Source of the DNA: a virus
Reading direction: 5' to 3' (one strand)
IMG/VR virus record: IMGVR_UViG_3300025888_000011
Location: 32,001 to 96,000 of that record
DNA: 64,000 bases
Made by a program: the position numbers and the translations under genes. Under the pieces are notes generated by a model. That model did no database searches. It saw nothing but the letters and a program-made list of their open reading frames with translations, and had not been told where the DNA came from. Shown here piece after piece: positions 20,792 through 31,969 of the stretch. Position 1 is the stretch's first letter. Each line of letters opens with the position of its first letter.

Positions 20792-21385
20792 ATGAATAAA
20801 TTAATATTTGGAGTAGGTTTTAATAGTGGTGATAAATATACAACTAGTATAAATAGAAAAATAACAAAACAATATTCGTGTTGGCACGATATGATGAGAA
20901 GGTGTTATTCTGAAAAATATCATATTAAATATTCAACATATAGTGATTGTTCGGTCTGTAAAGAATGGCATAACTTTCAAACTTTTGCAGAGTGGTATGA
21001 TGAAAATTTTTATATATTAGAAAATTGGAATATGGCTTTGGATAAAGATATCCTTGTTAAAGGTAATAAAGTATATTCACCTAAAACATGTATATTTGTT
21101 CCTCAAAATATAAATTGCTTATTTATTATAAAGCAAAGAAAGGTTAGTAATTTACCAATAGGGGTTAGTAAAGAAAAAGGAAGAAGTAAATATAAGTCAT
21201 TATGTAGCGATGGCAAAAAGAAAATTAAATACTTAGGATTCTTTGATACTCCAAAGAAAGCTTTTGATGCTTATAAAGTATTTAAGGAAAACTTAGTAAA
21301 AGAAATTGCGGATACATATAAATTATTAATCCCACAGAGGTTATATAATGCTATGTATAAATATGAAATAGAAATAACTGATTAA
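20792..21385 (+). CDS. HNH/AP2-type homing-endonuclease-like protein
   Basis: WHDMMRRCY...VCKEWHNFQTF...LDKDIL...YSPKTCIFVP; YLGFFDTP AP2-like end. Confidence 0.75.
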   Translation: MNKLIFGVGFNSGDKYTTSINRKITKQYSCWHDMMRRCYSEKYHIKYSTYSDCSVCKEWHNFQTFAEWYDENFYILENWNMALDKDILVKGNKVYSPKTCIFVPQNINCLFIIKQRKVSNLPIGVSKEKGRSKYKSLCSDGKKKIKYLGFFDTPKKAFDAYKVFKENLVKEIADTYKLLIPQRLYNAMYKYEIEITD

Positions 21386-21627
21386 ACTAATACATAATCT
21401 TCAAAATTCACTTAGGTAAATAGTTTATCTAAGTGAATTAATCACAAATTTAATATTATAATTTCAATATATTTTGCTATTATAATAGAAAAGAACAGGA
21501 TAATATTATAAAGTTTTTCTAAAAGAATGTAAAAGAGGGTATAAAATAGAATATTAAACATAGTATGTATAACTCCTCAAGTAGTTGGTATAACAAGGCT
21601 TAGGACAAGTCATGTGATTGATTAGTA

Positions 21628-21636
21628 TGTGGATAA
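21628..21636 (-). promoter_or_regulatory. DnaA box
   Basis: TGTGGATAA = perfect TTATCCACA, adjacent to the iterons. Confidence 0.75.
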
Positions 21637-21644
21637 CTAATTAT

Positions 21645-21726
21645 TGTGATTAATTAACTTGTTAGTTGTGAGTGATTAACTTGACTTTTGTGAGTGATTA
21701 ACTTGACTTTTGTGATTAATTAACTT
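21645..21726 (+). repeat. origin iterons, 4 x 16 bp at 22-bp period
   Basis: TGTGA(T/G)T(A/G)ATTAACTT at 21645, 21667, 21689, 21711; an inverted copy lies at 21431-21446. Confidence 0.9.
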
Positions 21727-21803
21727 ATGTTATAGTTGTGATTAAAACGTATGTTGTTGATTGTGTGAATTATGTTAATAACTTATAGAGGAGATTATAT
21801 AAT

Positions 21804-22955
21804 ATGAGTAATGTAGTAACCAAAGGTACTGCTAAAGTGTTTAAATACAACGCAGGAATAGAAAGTATTGTAGATGGTGGAACGGTTCAGTTACCTTTTA
21901 TATCTGAATATAAAGGTGATAGAAGAACTGCAATGGAATATATATGGTTTACTAAAGATGCAAGTGGAAATCTTTGCAAAAGAGGTATATACGTGAGTGG
22001 GCATGGTCAATATGGAGTCCCAACACTATATGATTCAGATGTATATATGGCATTACAAGATATATTTCTACGTAAAAAAACTGTGAATGGTATATGCGAG
22101 TTAGAATTTAATTCTTTGTCCGTAGATTATTTAAATATTGAATTTTCTATGAATGAATTAGCTAGAGAAATGGGTTATATATTACCAATAGGAAAGTCAA
22201 CAAGAGAACTCTTAAAAAAATCAATAAAAACATTACTAGCAACAACAATGTTTTCTTTATATGAAGGTGGAATTTATGACATAAGGCATAAGCAATATGT
22301 GACTAAAAAAGAGGTAGGATATCATTTATTAGAAGAATATGGAAATGAAGTTACTACCGAGGACGAAGAAGTTATTGTTGATATTATGCATATTAGATTA
22401 AGTAAATTCACTTACTTACAAATAGTAAACGATTATAAACTTTTTTATAATAAAAACAAATATAGGAAACCTAAAAATAGAATAGCAAGAAAAATTTATA
22501 TTATGGCTCTACAATGGAAGGGCAATAAAGACTTTGCTTATGCTAAAATAGATACTTTAATTGAGAAGATACCTATGATAGAAGAGGATAAGAGATATAA
22601 AAAAAGATATATTAAAAAAGCACTAAAAGCATTAAATGACAGTGGAATTATCAAGGCTAATTGTGATAAGAATGATTTAGTGTATTTTGATTTTAGAGAG
22701 CAAAAACAAATAGATGAATACAAGAATAAATATAATAAATATTCAGATATAACAACTAAATTATACGATATGGGATTTAATATGCTAGAAGTTGATGAAT
22801 TAGTGGATGTTGAAAGAATAAGATTTATACAAGCATTGCTAAGATATCTAGATTTTCAAAAACCTTTAAAACCTAAGAGATATTTTTTGAAATGTTATAA
22901 TGAGAATATTGAAATTGATAGAGGTTTCTATAGTGAAAATAGTTTAGTACTGTGA
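21804..22955 (+). CDS. plasmid-type replication initiator protein
   Basis: GVPTLYDSDVYMAL...FSMNELAREMG...LKKSIKTL wHTH initiator pattern; flanked by iterons on both sides. Confidence 0.8.
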   Translation: MSNVVTKGTAKVFKYNAGIESIVDGGTVQLPFISEYKGDRRTAMEYIWFTKDASGNLCKRGIYVSGHGQYGVPTLYDSDVYMALQDIFLRKKTVNGICELEFNSLSVDYLNIEFSMNELAREMGYILPIGKSTRELLKKSIKTLLATTMFSLYEGGIYDIRHKQYVTKKEVGYHLLEEYGNEVTTEDEEVIVDIMHIRLSKFTYLQIVNDYKLFYNKNKYRKPKNRIARKIYIMALQWKGNKDFAYAKIDTLIEKIPMIEEDKRYKKRYIKKALKALNDSGIIKANCDKNDLVYFDFREQKQIDEYKNKYNKYSDITTKLYDMGFNMLEVDELVDVERIRFIQALLRYLDFQKPLKPKRYFLKCYNENIEIDRGFYSENSLVL

Positions 22956-23143
22956 TTAATTAACTTAGGGCAAATGGCAAATGTGATTAATTCACTTAAG
23001 TAAAATTGATTTTGTGATTGATTAACTTAGATAAAACCATAATTGTGATTGATTCACTTGTATTTTAATAAATTGTGATTAATTAACTTAGGTTATTCTG
23101 ATAATTAAAGCGAATTAATCACAGAGTAAGTTAATTGATCACA
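22951..23143 (+). repeat. downstream iteron array (copy-control-like)
   Basis: TGTGATT(A/G)ATT(A/C)ACTT at 22951, 22982, 23013, 23044, 23074; inverted copies at 23108 and 23128. Confidence 0.9.
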
Positions 23144-23483
23144 AAATAATTTATAGGCTAGATGATATTTTATTAGAATGAGAGTAATACCCACCAAATC
23201 AATTTAAACGTCATATAATATATATTGAATAAAGTTTTACTAGAATTCAATAATATCAGTCATAATAAAAATTTACTAACATATAATATAGTTAGATAAT
23301 TAATCCATTACAAATGATATTTAATGGCTCAAATTTGACTTGTGTGATGATTTTAATATTATTAGGTATAATTGCATTACCTTATTTTAAAGTAGCTTAA
23401 AATTGATTTTAGTGAGTTTTAAGACAGAATACATTTTCAATTAAACTTTTCCGAATAAAGATAATATAATAATATAAAATGTA

Positions 23484-23512
23484 TTGACAATGGAAGAATA
23501 TTATGGTAAACT
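23484..23512 (+). promoter_or_regulatory. sigmaA promoter
   Basis: TTGACA-17-TAAACT with extended TG. Confidence 0.65.
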
Positions 23513-23538
23513 GAGAGAGTAGAAAGGAAGTGAGATAA

Positions 23539-23721
23539 ATGAATACAGTTAGAAATCCAACTGAATCAGAAATATTAAAATACATACTTATTAAAAATGG
23601 ATATTTTACTGAAGAAGAGTATATTCAAGGTAAGAACGAATTAATTAATATTTTAATTGAGGAAGTAAACAAAACTAATAGAGAAGTTGAAAAATTTGTG
23701 CAAGATTTTTTAAATTCATAA
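23539..23721 (+). CDS. hypothetical protein
   Basis: 60 aa with RBS. Confidence 0.65.
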   Translation: MNTVRNPTESEILKYILIKNGYFTEEEYIQGKNELINILIEEVNKTNREVEKFVQDFLNS

Positions 23722-23745
23722 TAATACAAGAGGAGGAAGAACATT

Positions 23746-24024
23746 ATGATAGGCGTTGAACAATTTGGAGAAACTAGAGATTTAACAAGTGAAGAAGAGA
23801 AAGCATATTTAAAAGGATTAAAAAGTATATCTAAGGCAACTGGAATTAATTTATATGAGAAAGAAGAACCTATAACAATAAATATTCCTAGTATAGATAG
23901 TTGGACAATTACAGATTTAAAATATACTTGTAGAAAGAATAAAGTTAGAGGTTATACGAAAATGGATAGAGAACAATTGATTGCAGAAGTTAAAAGAATT
24001 ATTGAGAATTATAAAAGTAAATAA
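23746..24024 (+). CDS. protein with C-terminal Rho_N-like helix-extension-helix
   Basis: WTITDLKYTCRKNKVRGYTKMDREQLI. Confidence 0.6.
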   Translation: MIGVEQFGETRDLTSEEEKAYLKGLKSISKATGINLYEKEEPITINIPSIDSWTITDLKYTCRKNKVRGYTKMDREQLIAEVKRIIENYKSK

Positions 24025-24044
24025 TATAAAGGAGTGAATATATA

Positions 24045-24188
24045 ATGAGAGGTAAGAGAGCAGGTATGGGAAGTTTCTTTGATGACTTTGATAAATATAT
24101 AGAAGAATTATCAGATGAGGAATTTGAGGAAGTACTTATAAAAGCAGGAATAGAAAATTGTCCATTGATAAAAAAGGAGGAATTATAA
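24045..24188 (+). CDS. small acidic hypothetical protein
   Basis: 47 aa, AAGGAG RBS, fills the gap between neighbouring genes. Confidence 0.55.
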   Translation: MRGKRAGMGSFFDDFDKYIEELSDEEFEEVLIKAGIENCPLIKKEEL

Positions 24189-24521
24189 ATGTATTATGGT
24201 AAAAAATCAGTTGCAAGAATAGATGAATATTATGGAATAAATAGTGAGGATGATTATAAAATTAAAGATTGTGAGAAAATCCAACAAGCATTTAATAATC
24301 ATGCAATTATGTTAACACTCGCAGAATGTCATGAATTATATAATAGTTGGTCAGATGAACATTACAGTGCATATTGGGAGAATGGAATAGAGGATTATGA
24401 TTTAGAACAAATATTTGAATTATTAATGCCTTGGTTACAAAATATTCTAGAGGACAGAATTAATAGGATTGAAGTTTTATTAGAACAATTAGAGAAAGGT
24501 GGATACATAGAAATAATATAG
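24189..24521 (+). CDS. hypothetical protein
   Basis: 110 aa, AAGGAGG RBS. Confidence 0.75.
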   Translation: MYYGKKSVARIDEYYGINSEDDYKIKDCEKIQQAFNNHAIMLTLAECHELYNSWSDEHYSAYWENGIEDYDLEQIFELLMPWLQNILEDRINRIEVLLEQLEKGGYIEII

Positions 24522-24536
24522 GAGGAGTGAATTAAT

Positions 24537-24776
24537 TTGGATAATTATATATTTAAAATAACAAATGTAATGACAGAAAAAGGAATTAATGGAATAACTA
24601 TAATAGAAGCAGAATGTATTCAAGATGGAATATCGTTAGGGATAAAAATATTAAACTCACAAAGGAATAAAAGGGATTTTATAAAAGATAAACTAAATAG
24701 GAGACACGAGCAAATATTAAAATTAAAATGTGAAATCAATAATAATACAATTCAAGTAGGTGAGATTTTAAAATGA
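24537..24776 (+). CDS. hypothetical protein
   Basis: 79 aa, GGAGGAG RBS. Confidence 0.65.
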   Translation: MDNYIFKITNVMTEKGINGITIIEAECIQDGISLGIKILNSQRNKRDFIKDKLNRRHEQILKLKCEINNNTIQVGEILK

Positions 24777-25039
24777 TAAGAGAAAAACAAACATATCCAA
24801 AAGTTAAATCAATCAAACCCTTCTTTTGGAAAGAGTGCAGATTCTGTGGAAAAGAATTTAAAAGAGAGGGATTTAGTATTTATGATTACACTCAAATAAA
24901 TGCAAAATTATATTTTTCATATTGTTGTGGTAAATGTGGTGAGGATATAGAAAGTGTTAAAAGATTAGTTGATATAAGTAAAATGAGAAAAATGCCTAGA
25001 AATATGAAAACTCCAAAACAAATAGTAGGAATAAAATAA
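24773..25039 (+). CDS. small zinc-finger protein
   Basis: CRFC...CGKC. Confidence 0.65.
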   Translation: MIREKQTYPKVKSIKPFFWKECRFCGKEFKREGFSIYDYTQINAKLYFSYCCGKCGEDIESVKRLVDISKMRKMPRNMKTPKQIVGIK

Positions 25040-25256
25040 AACTATAATAATATAAAAATATATGTTGCTATTTTATGGAAAGTATGATATAATGAAATAG
25101 TAAGGTAATCAAGATAAATAATTTCTCAGATGCTTTACAAAAATAATATATTAAGAATATAATAATACAAAATAAACAATAAAGGAGAATGATATTAATG
25201 GAAAATCATCAATTATTAAAAGGAATAATTATTAAAAGAGAGGTGACTATCTTTTA

Positions 25257-25526
25257 ATGACAGAGATAAGCTTTGAGGAATTTCAACTTGAAAATATGGG
25301 ACATGCAGATAAATATATAAGTGTAAGGGAATTGAATGAAAAAATACATATGGAAAATGAGAATAAGAAAATCAAATGGATTTATACTGAAAAAGATTGG
25401 GAAAGGAAATCTGAGAAATGGATAATAGGACATGTTTGGGATAGAGCAAAGGGTAGATTTGTTAGTTTGGGAAGTTTAACAAGAGAAATGAATAAGAAAA
25501 GAAAGCTTAAACAGAAGAAAGAGTGA
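25257..25526 (+). CDS. hypothetical protein
   Basis: 89 aa, GAGGTG RBS. Confidence 0.65.
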   Translation: MTEISFEEFQLENMGHADKYISVRELNEKIHMENENKKIKWIYTEKDWERKSEKWIIGHVWDRAKGRFVSLGSLTREMNKKRKLKQKKE

Positions 25527-25582
25527 TACATATAATAATATAAAATTAATTCAATAAAAATAATACATAAAGGGAGAGAAAA

Positions 25583-25957
25583 ATGGAGTTAAAAATGATT
25601 AATACGAGGGTAGTGACAGTAGAAGAATTAAAGGATATACAGTATTTAGATTTATTTACGCTAACTGAGAAGGCTTATATGGACTATATAGGAACAATCA
25701 AATATGGTAGTAATATAGATTATAATACTGCTAAAAAGAAGATTATAAGAAATATTTTATTAAGTAGAGAAGCTCATGAGAATAAAATTGATAAATGTAA
25801 AAGGCTATTTTATTATGGAAATTTACAAATAATGTTAAATGAAAAAGAGAAGACAATTTGTTTTATTAAAAATACTTTAAATACTGATTATAATTTTAAA
25901 TTAGATGTGGAGAAAAGGAAAACTTTAAATTACATAATGGGATTGAAAAATAATTAA
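25583..25957 (+). CDS. hypothetical protein
   Basis: 124 aa, GGGAG RBS. Confidence 0.7.
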   Translation: MELKMINTRVVTVEELKDIQYLDLFTLTEKAYMDYIGTIKYGSNIDYNTAKKKIIRNILLSREAHENKIDKCKRLFYYGNLQIMLNEKEKTICFIKNTLNTDYNFKLDVEKRKTLNYIMGLKNN

Positions 25958-25977
25958 AACAGAGGAGTGGAAACAAC

Positions 25978-26343
25978 ATGAGCAATACAATATATAAAAT
26001 AACCTACGATATTGATAATTATGGAGATAAATTTTATCATAAAATAAAAGTCGATAGATACCATTGTCATGAAAAAGATAAATGTATTATTATTCAAAGT
26101 GAACGTAAAAGAATACATAAGGATAAGATAGATATTATTACTGCTATTGAAGGCAACAACACAAGAGGAGTTAGATACTTTGTATGGACTTTGGATGAAA
26201 GTAAAATAGAAATATATAAAGTAAAATTAAAGGAGAAGATATTAAAACAAATAGAAAAATACAAAAATAATATAAGCAATTTAGAAAAAGCATTAGAATT
26301 AGAAGTTACTGTAAAAGAAAGAGATTACTCATACAATGAATAA
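25978..26343 (+). CDS. hypothetical protein
   Basis: 121 aa, GAGGAG RBS. Confidence 0.7.
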   Translation: MSNTIYKITYDIDNYGDKFYHKIKVDRYHCHEKDKCIIIQSERKRIHKDKIDIITAIEGNNTRGVRYFVWTLDESKIEIYKVKLKEKILKQIEKYKNNISNLEKALELEVTVKERDYSYNE

Positions 26344-26418
26344 GAGATAATATAAAATAGTCAATAAATTGAAAGTTTCAATCAGAAAGTAATATTTGAA
26401 TTAAAAGGAGAGATAATA

Positions 26419-27234
26419 ATGAGAATACCATATTTAGTAATAATTAACGATGAGAAATCATTTGTATATACTGATAAGAGGAAAATAAAGAAAATATTTA
26501 ATGAGAAAGATAATATAAAGGTATATGTTTTTAAAACAATTGATAAATATAATTGTTGGGTTGATATATATGAATTATATAAAAATAATAAAGAAGTAGA
26601 AATTAAAATATTTAAAGGTGAAAATGATGCTTTTTATTCTGATTTAGGATGTTCTATAATGAGAAGTTTAGCTAAAGCAGAATGGAATAGTAGTATTAAG
26701 TATCCTGATAATGGATGGCATATTTGTAGTGTTTGTGGGGATATAACAAATAATATAGATAGATGTTTATATTGTGATGAATTTGTTTGTTGGGATTGTT
26801 CACATGAGGTTATAAATAATAGTTATATAGAGGGTGATTTTTGTTCATATGAATGTTATAGAAAATATGGAGAAAAAGAATATAATATAGAGTATAATCC
26901 TGAAAAAGAATATAAAGAAAAAGTTTGTGATAGACTTGAATATATTCTAGGACGTTTTGAAAAAGAACAATTACTTAATGTTTTAATACATTTAGAATCA
27001 TCTGTTTATGATTATGACGAAGATGATGTGAATGAAGTTAATTTAAAATATAAAAACAAATCTAAAGAAGAATTATTAAACATTCTTGAGCGTGATTGTG
27101 ATACTTATGATATTTTAATGAAACTATATGAGGATGAGACGGATGAATATTTATCAGATATATTAGATGGAGAAGGATTTATAAATAATTTAGACCCAAA
27201 TGACCCAGCAGATGAATGGTTCTTTGAAGATTAA
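26419..27234 (+). CDS. Cys-rich zinc-finger protein with acidic C-terminus
   Basis: CSVC, CLYC, CWDC, FCSYEC. Confidence 0.7.
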   Translation: MRIPYLVIINDEKSFVYTDKRKIKKIFNEKDNIKVYVFKTIDKYNCWVDIYELYKNNKEVEIKIFKGENDAFYSDLGCSIMRSLAKAEWNSSIKYPDNGWHICSVCGDITNNIDRCLYCDEFVCWDCSHEVINNSYIEGDFCSYECYRKYGEKEYNIEYNPEKEYKEKVCDRLEYILGRFEKEQLLNVLIHLESSVYDYDEDDVNEVNLKYKNKSKEELLNILERDCDTYDILMKLYEDETDEYLSDILDGEGFINNLDPNDPADEWFFED

Positions 27235-27262
27235 AGAAAAGAGAAAGGAGATAATACTGATT

Positions 27263-27985
27263 ATGGCAAAAGCAAAGGTTTATAAAGTTTGTACGGAATG
27301 TAATATAAAGAAAAAAGTAAAAACAGATTTCTTGAATGCAACAAAAGATATATGTTTAGAATGTGCTAAGAAAATAAAAAAGGAAAAAAGAGTAAATACA
27401 TACGCACAAAGAAAAGAAGATGTAACAAAAACTAAAAACTTCACAGGATTTTATATATATAGATTTTTAGATAAAGACGATAATATTATATATGTAGGCA
27501 AAACAACTAATTTCGATAAAAGAATGGAAGTACACTTTGGTAAAGTAAATTATCATGATGTTCTATTAGTAGACGAATCAGAGCCTTGTAGTTTCGAAAC
27601 AAATAAAGAAAGCAGTTATCAATTATTAATGCATCATGGTCATTTAGAAGGCGAATGCTATGAATCAGTTAGAAATGTAGAAAAGATGACTTTAAATAAT
27701 CAATATGAGATGGATATTCTTGAAATACATTTCATTAATAAGTTTAGACCTGAATATAATACAGAATTCAAATACAATAACGTAACAGATTTATTTGATA
27801 TATGTGAACCTAAATGGCTAAGAACTATTAGTTTGATTAATTTAAAAATACACTTTATCAGACTAAATGGTAATACTAAATTATATGATAAAATTTTAGG
27901 AAGTGATGAAATGGTAGATATTGTGGCAAGGAATAAATTTAAAAGCCAAGAAGAATTAATTGAAATGTGTAATAATATAAAATAG
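27263..27985 (+). CDS. GIY-YIG nuclease domain protein
   Basis: FYIYRF...IIYVGKT...R...E...YN; N-terminal CTEC...CLEC; start moved to the ATG after AAGGAG. Confidence 0.8.
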   Translation: MAKAKVYKVCTECNIKKKVKTDFLNATKDICLECAKKIKKEKRVNTYAQRKEDVTKTKNFTGFYIYRFLDKDDNIIYVGKTTNFDKRMEVHFGKVNYHDVLLVDESEPCSFETNKESSYQLLMHHGHLEGECYESVRNVEKMTLNNQYEMDILEIHFINKFRPEYNTEFKYNNVTDLFDICEPKWLRTISLINLKIHFIRLNGNTKLYDKILGSDEMVDIVARNKFKSQEELIEMCNNIK

Positions 27986-27998
27986 GGGGAAAGATACA

Positions 27999-30900
27999 AT
28001 GGTAAATCGTCAATTATTTACAATGAAATTTAAGTCCACGAGACTAAAAAAATATAAGTACGATATAACTATCAACTATCAAGAGGCTTTAGACAATAAT
28101 GAAATAATAGCTCTAGCAGATTCTCAAATACTTAGGACGATAAGAGATGTTATTGCTGAAAAAGGAGGTGATTCTAGTAGAATATTAGATAGAGAATTAT
28201 TAGAAGAATTTTATCATGAAATTAATATAATAAGGAGAAAGAAAAGAAATACAACTGAAGACACTTTAAATAATGTTATGAAAATAAAAGAAATAAAAGA
28301 TAAAATAACCAACATGTGCTTCGTACCAGAATACATAACTATTGTAATAGAAGACATAAGTCATTATGATTATTTATATGAGAATGGACTAACACTTAAC
28401 GGAGTAGTTTATTATAGGCTCTCAGTATCGGCAGGGCAAGGGAGAGTATCTACTGTAGTATTTTGTTCAAGTGATATATTAGAGACGGTAAATACAATAT
28501 TAGACAACGGTAGGAACAAGGAACAAGTATTCTCACCTTCTAAATTTAATGCATATAAAGGTACATATAGTTCAGCAACAAAACCTGTAACAACTCCTAG
28601 ATTTTGTGTAGTACCTGATTTTGAATCGCCTACTACATTTGATGTTAATTGGGTTACAGAAACAAAAGGAGAACTAGACGATGAGATTAAACCAAAAACA
28701 ATAACAAAGAATTTTAATAGATGGGACGGAATGGGAATTATTTCTCCTACATTTGCCAAACAATGGGCAGATGATTTAGAGTTAGATTACATTCCTGCTG
28801 AATTTTGCACCCGTCAAAGTTATTTAAAAGGTATGTTTGGGGTGTTTGATTTTCACGAGTTTTGTGAGATTAAGAATAATGGAAATTATATAACTAAATC
28901 AGTTTATAAAGATAAAGAGGGCAATGATATAGAAATTGATTTAAGGGATTATGATATGATTGTTACGGAAGGACAATTTAAACTTTGGAACTCATTTAAT
29001 AGTTTAGAACAATATAAAAAAAATTGTGAAACTAATAATCTTAAATGGGGAGTAGCTTTATATACAGATAAAGAATTAAAAAATAATTTAAAATATAATT
29101 ACCAATTTTTGCAATCGTTAAATATAAAATCTAAAGATGTTCCAAAATTATGTGAAGAATTTATTAACTGGATACAAGGAGTTAGTACAGATGATGTATG
29201 GTATTCAATATTGTTTTTAATGGGTGTAAATGTAACAGAAACCTCTATAATGAATTATTTAAGAGATAGTAAAAACTATTGGGTAAAAAGTTTAATTATA
29301 AATCATGATTTAATAAATGATAAATATGTAAAACAAAAGATATATAATCTTATAAAAACTAAAATTGACAAAGGGTGTATGGGAAGTATAATCTTAACAG
29401 GTAATAATCAAACTTTAGTGTCAGACCCTTATGCTATGATGGAGTATGTGTGTGGCATGGAGGTAAAAGGATTGTTAGGGAAGAGAAAATACTACTCAAA
29501 CTATTGGAACGAAAGAGGAGTAACGGAGATATTAGGAACAAGACCACCACTGACTTATAGGTCAGAATGTTTAAAGATGGAATTAGAAAACACAGAAGAG
29601 CAAAGATATTGGTATAAACATATGTATGGTGGAATTATTGTAAATGTTCATGGATGCGAAACAGATAATTTTGCAGGTAGTGATAAACTTAATGTCACCA
29701 TTATATAGTAATATATAATGTAAAACTTGGTGAACCTATAAATATAGGGTGTGTCGAAAGATGCTAACGGTGAAACTCTAAGGTTAAAGTGTGTGTTAAA
29801 TTGATAATATAATAATATAAAAGGAGGTGAAATAATGAATGATTATTACATATATGAATGGTTTAATATAGAAACGGATGAAGTTTTTTATGTAGGTAAG
29901 GGCAAGAAAGGAAGACATAAGATAATTACAGGGAGGAATCCTTATTTCACAAATTATTATAATAAATATAATTGTGAAAGTAGAATAGTGTTTAATAATT
30001 TAACAGAATTAGAAGCATTTGAATTAGAAATTAAAACAATAAAAAGATATAAAGAAAATTGTCTTTGCAAGTGTAATTTAACAGAGGGAGGAGAACAACC
30101 TCCGACATTATATGGAAAAGATAATGCTATGTATGGAAGACCTTGGTGGGATGATAATACGCCTATAGAAAAAATTGAAAAATGGAGAAAAAGTAGATAT
30201 TCTTTCGGGTGTGGTGAATTAAATTTACAGTTTGGGATTTCACCAAAAGATAGAATGGATAAGGATACATATGAAGGATGGAAAGAAAAACATATTGGTT
30301 TAGGTATAGGAGAAAATAATTCTCAATATCAAGTGTCTCCGAAAGATAGAATGGATGAGAAAACTTATCTTCAATGGAAGGAAAATCATAAATTTATAAT
30401 TGGAGATAAAAACCCTAATGCAAAATGCGTAAACATGTATGATATTAATAATAAATTATATAAAAGTTTTACATACATAGGTGACTGTGTTAAATTTCTA
30501 ATTGATAATAATATTACAATATTCAAAGAGAATACAATAAGAACAAAAATTAGAAATTCATCATCAGAAACTATTCCTTTTGAGGGATATTATTTTAAAG
30601 TAATATAAAACAAACACACATTTAACTATGACAATACCGTGCCAAGCCCTAACAATATAGTTTATTCTATGTTAGTGGAAGGTGTAACGACTAAATTGGG
30701 TTGTATAACGCCCTAAGAGGGTAAATTTAGGCGAAAATCCTTATCCCGTAGTGCCAAGCATCCTATTTAATTGAGGATGAAGAGATAGTCTAGTCCGACT
30801 TCGTTAAGAAGTGTTAAAGTATTACGAAAGTAACGGTGTACACGTTTGATTTTGACTTTTTGTCAACAACTTCCAATTCTGTGATAGTAAATTCAACTTA

Positions 30901-31969
30901 TGAAAATGAATTACCAATAGTCTATGAAGCACCGAAACCTAAAAAAATAATATTTACAAATGATGATTTATTTAATGCAGATAAATTTACATTTGGTTCT
31001 ATAATAGGGGCTATAACTAACAAAAGCACTACAGGGCATGCAATGTTAACTCATTTAAAAGATACATATGGTATAGAAAGTAGAGAGTATACAACAGTAT
31101 TAGACCGAATTAAGATGTGTACTAAATTGCAAAGTGCCCAAATTGATAAGGCTAAGATAGGAAAAGAGGTAAAAGGGATTCCTAAAACATGGACAGATAG
31201 AAGATATATAGAGAGTTTGGAAATTGATAAAAAAGAGAAAGATTTCTTAAAGTCAATTATGATGGACAGACACCCATACTTTTTTATACATTTATATCCT
31301 GATACAAAGAGAAAATATAAAAAACATATAGAAGGATATAATATATCGTGTGAACATAAATTTGGTATGAATGTTGAAGAGTTAATTTTAAAAGCAGATA
31401 AAACTAAGGAAGAAAATGAATATATAAAAGCATATTATGAATATATGCCTGTAATTTACACTGATGGAGTTGTAAATTCTATATGTAGATATATTGAAAG
31501 TGTTGATTTTAAAATTAGAGAAAAAGTAAGCACTAAATCAGAGGACACTCATTCAATTCTTATGAGAAACGAGAATATTGAGGATGAAGAAGTTTATCAA
31601 GAGATATTAAAAAAATATAAAGTATTTAAAAAAGAATTAAAAAATAATAACAATGTAAAGAATTCAAGTAAGAAACAGAAGTATGATGAGACATTATCAC
31701 AAGAAGTTAATGGAATTTATAAAAAATTTAAAAGTGAAATGGATAAAGAATGCCCTAATACATATGAATTAGTTGATTACTTAATTAAAATATTTTATGT
31801 TGAGTTTCCAAGTGCAAATAAGGATTTATTATGGAATACATATGGTAAATATATATATGATAATTTAAAAAGTAAGAATCAAAATCCTGTATTATTCCCT
31901 TTTCCAAATAAAAAAGGAGACATAGAATATCTTAATCAAAAATTTTTACTCAAGGAGGTAATAATTTAA
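27999..31969 (+). CDS. YonO-like single-subunit (RdRP-like) RNA polymerase, join(27999..29684,30845..31969)
   Basis: SAGQGR, DGMGIIS, KG, RPP motifs; splicing restores AGSDFDFD catalytic triad; SPbeta-like synteny with HU and head genes. Confidence 0.8.
29685..30844 (+). mobile_element. group I intron with internal homing endonuclease
   Basis: P1 exon GUGAU/GUCAC with U.G at the splice site; AACGACUA and AAGAGAUAGUC (P7); terminal G 30844; in-frame junction. Confidence 0.9.
29835..30608 (+). CDS. intron-encoded GIY-YIG homing endonuclease
   Basis: YYIYEW...FYVGKG...R...E...NLTEGG; repeated GExN..SPKDRMD modules; looped out by GTGTGTT/AACACAC pairing. Confidence 0.85.
   Translation: MNDYYIYEWFNIETDEVFYVGKGKKGRHKIITGRNPYFTNYYNKYNCESRIVFNNLTELEAFELEIKTIKRYKENCLCKCNLTEGGEQPPTLYGKDNAMYGRPWWDDNTPIEKIEKWRKSRYSFGCGELNLQFGISPKDRMDKDTYEGWKEKHIGLGIGENNSQYQVSPKDRMDEKTYLQWKENHKFIIGDKNPNAKCVNMYDINNKLYKSFTYIGDCVKFLIDNNITIFKENTIRTKIRNSSSETIPFEGYYFKVI

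Noticed and set aside
21753-21780. dif/Xer site (TTATGTTAA)
   Set aside because: Only one arm resembles the consensus; no matching XerC arm
22951-23089. CRISPR array
   Set aside because: 16-bp repeats with ~15-bp gaps, same motif as the origin iterons, inverted copies present, no cas genes
30836-31969. Independent gene starting at GTG 30836 (likewise TTG 46029)
   Set aside because: These starts lie in intron 3' ends; the ORFs are second exons
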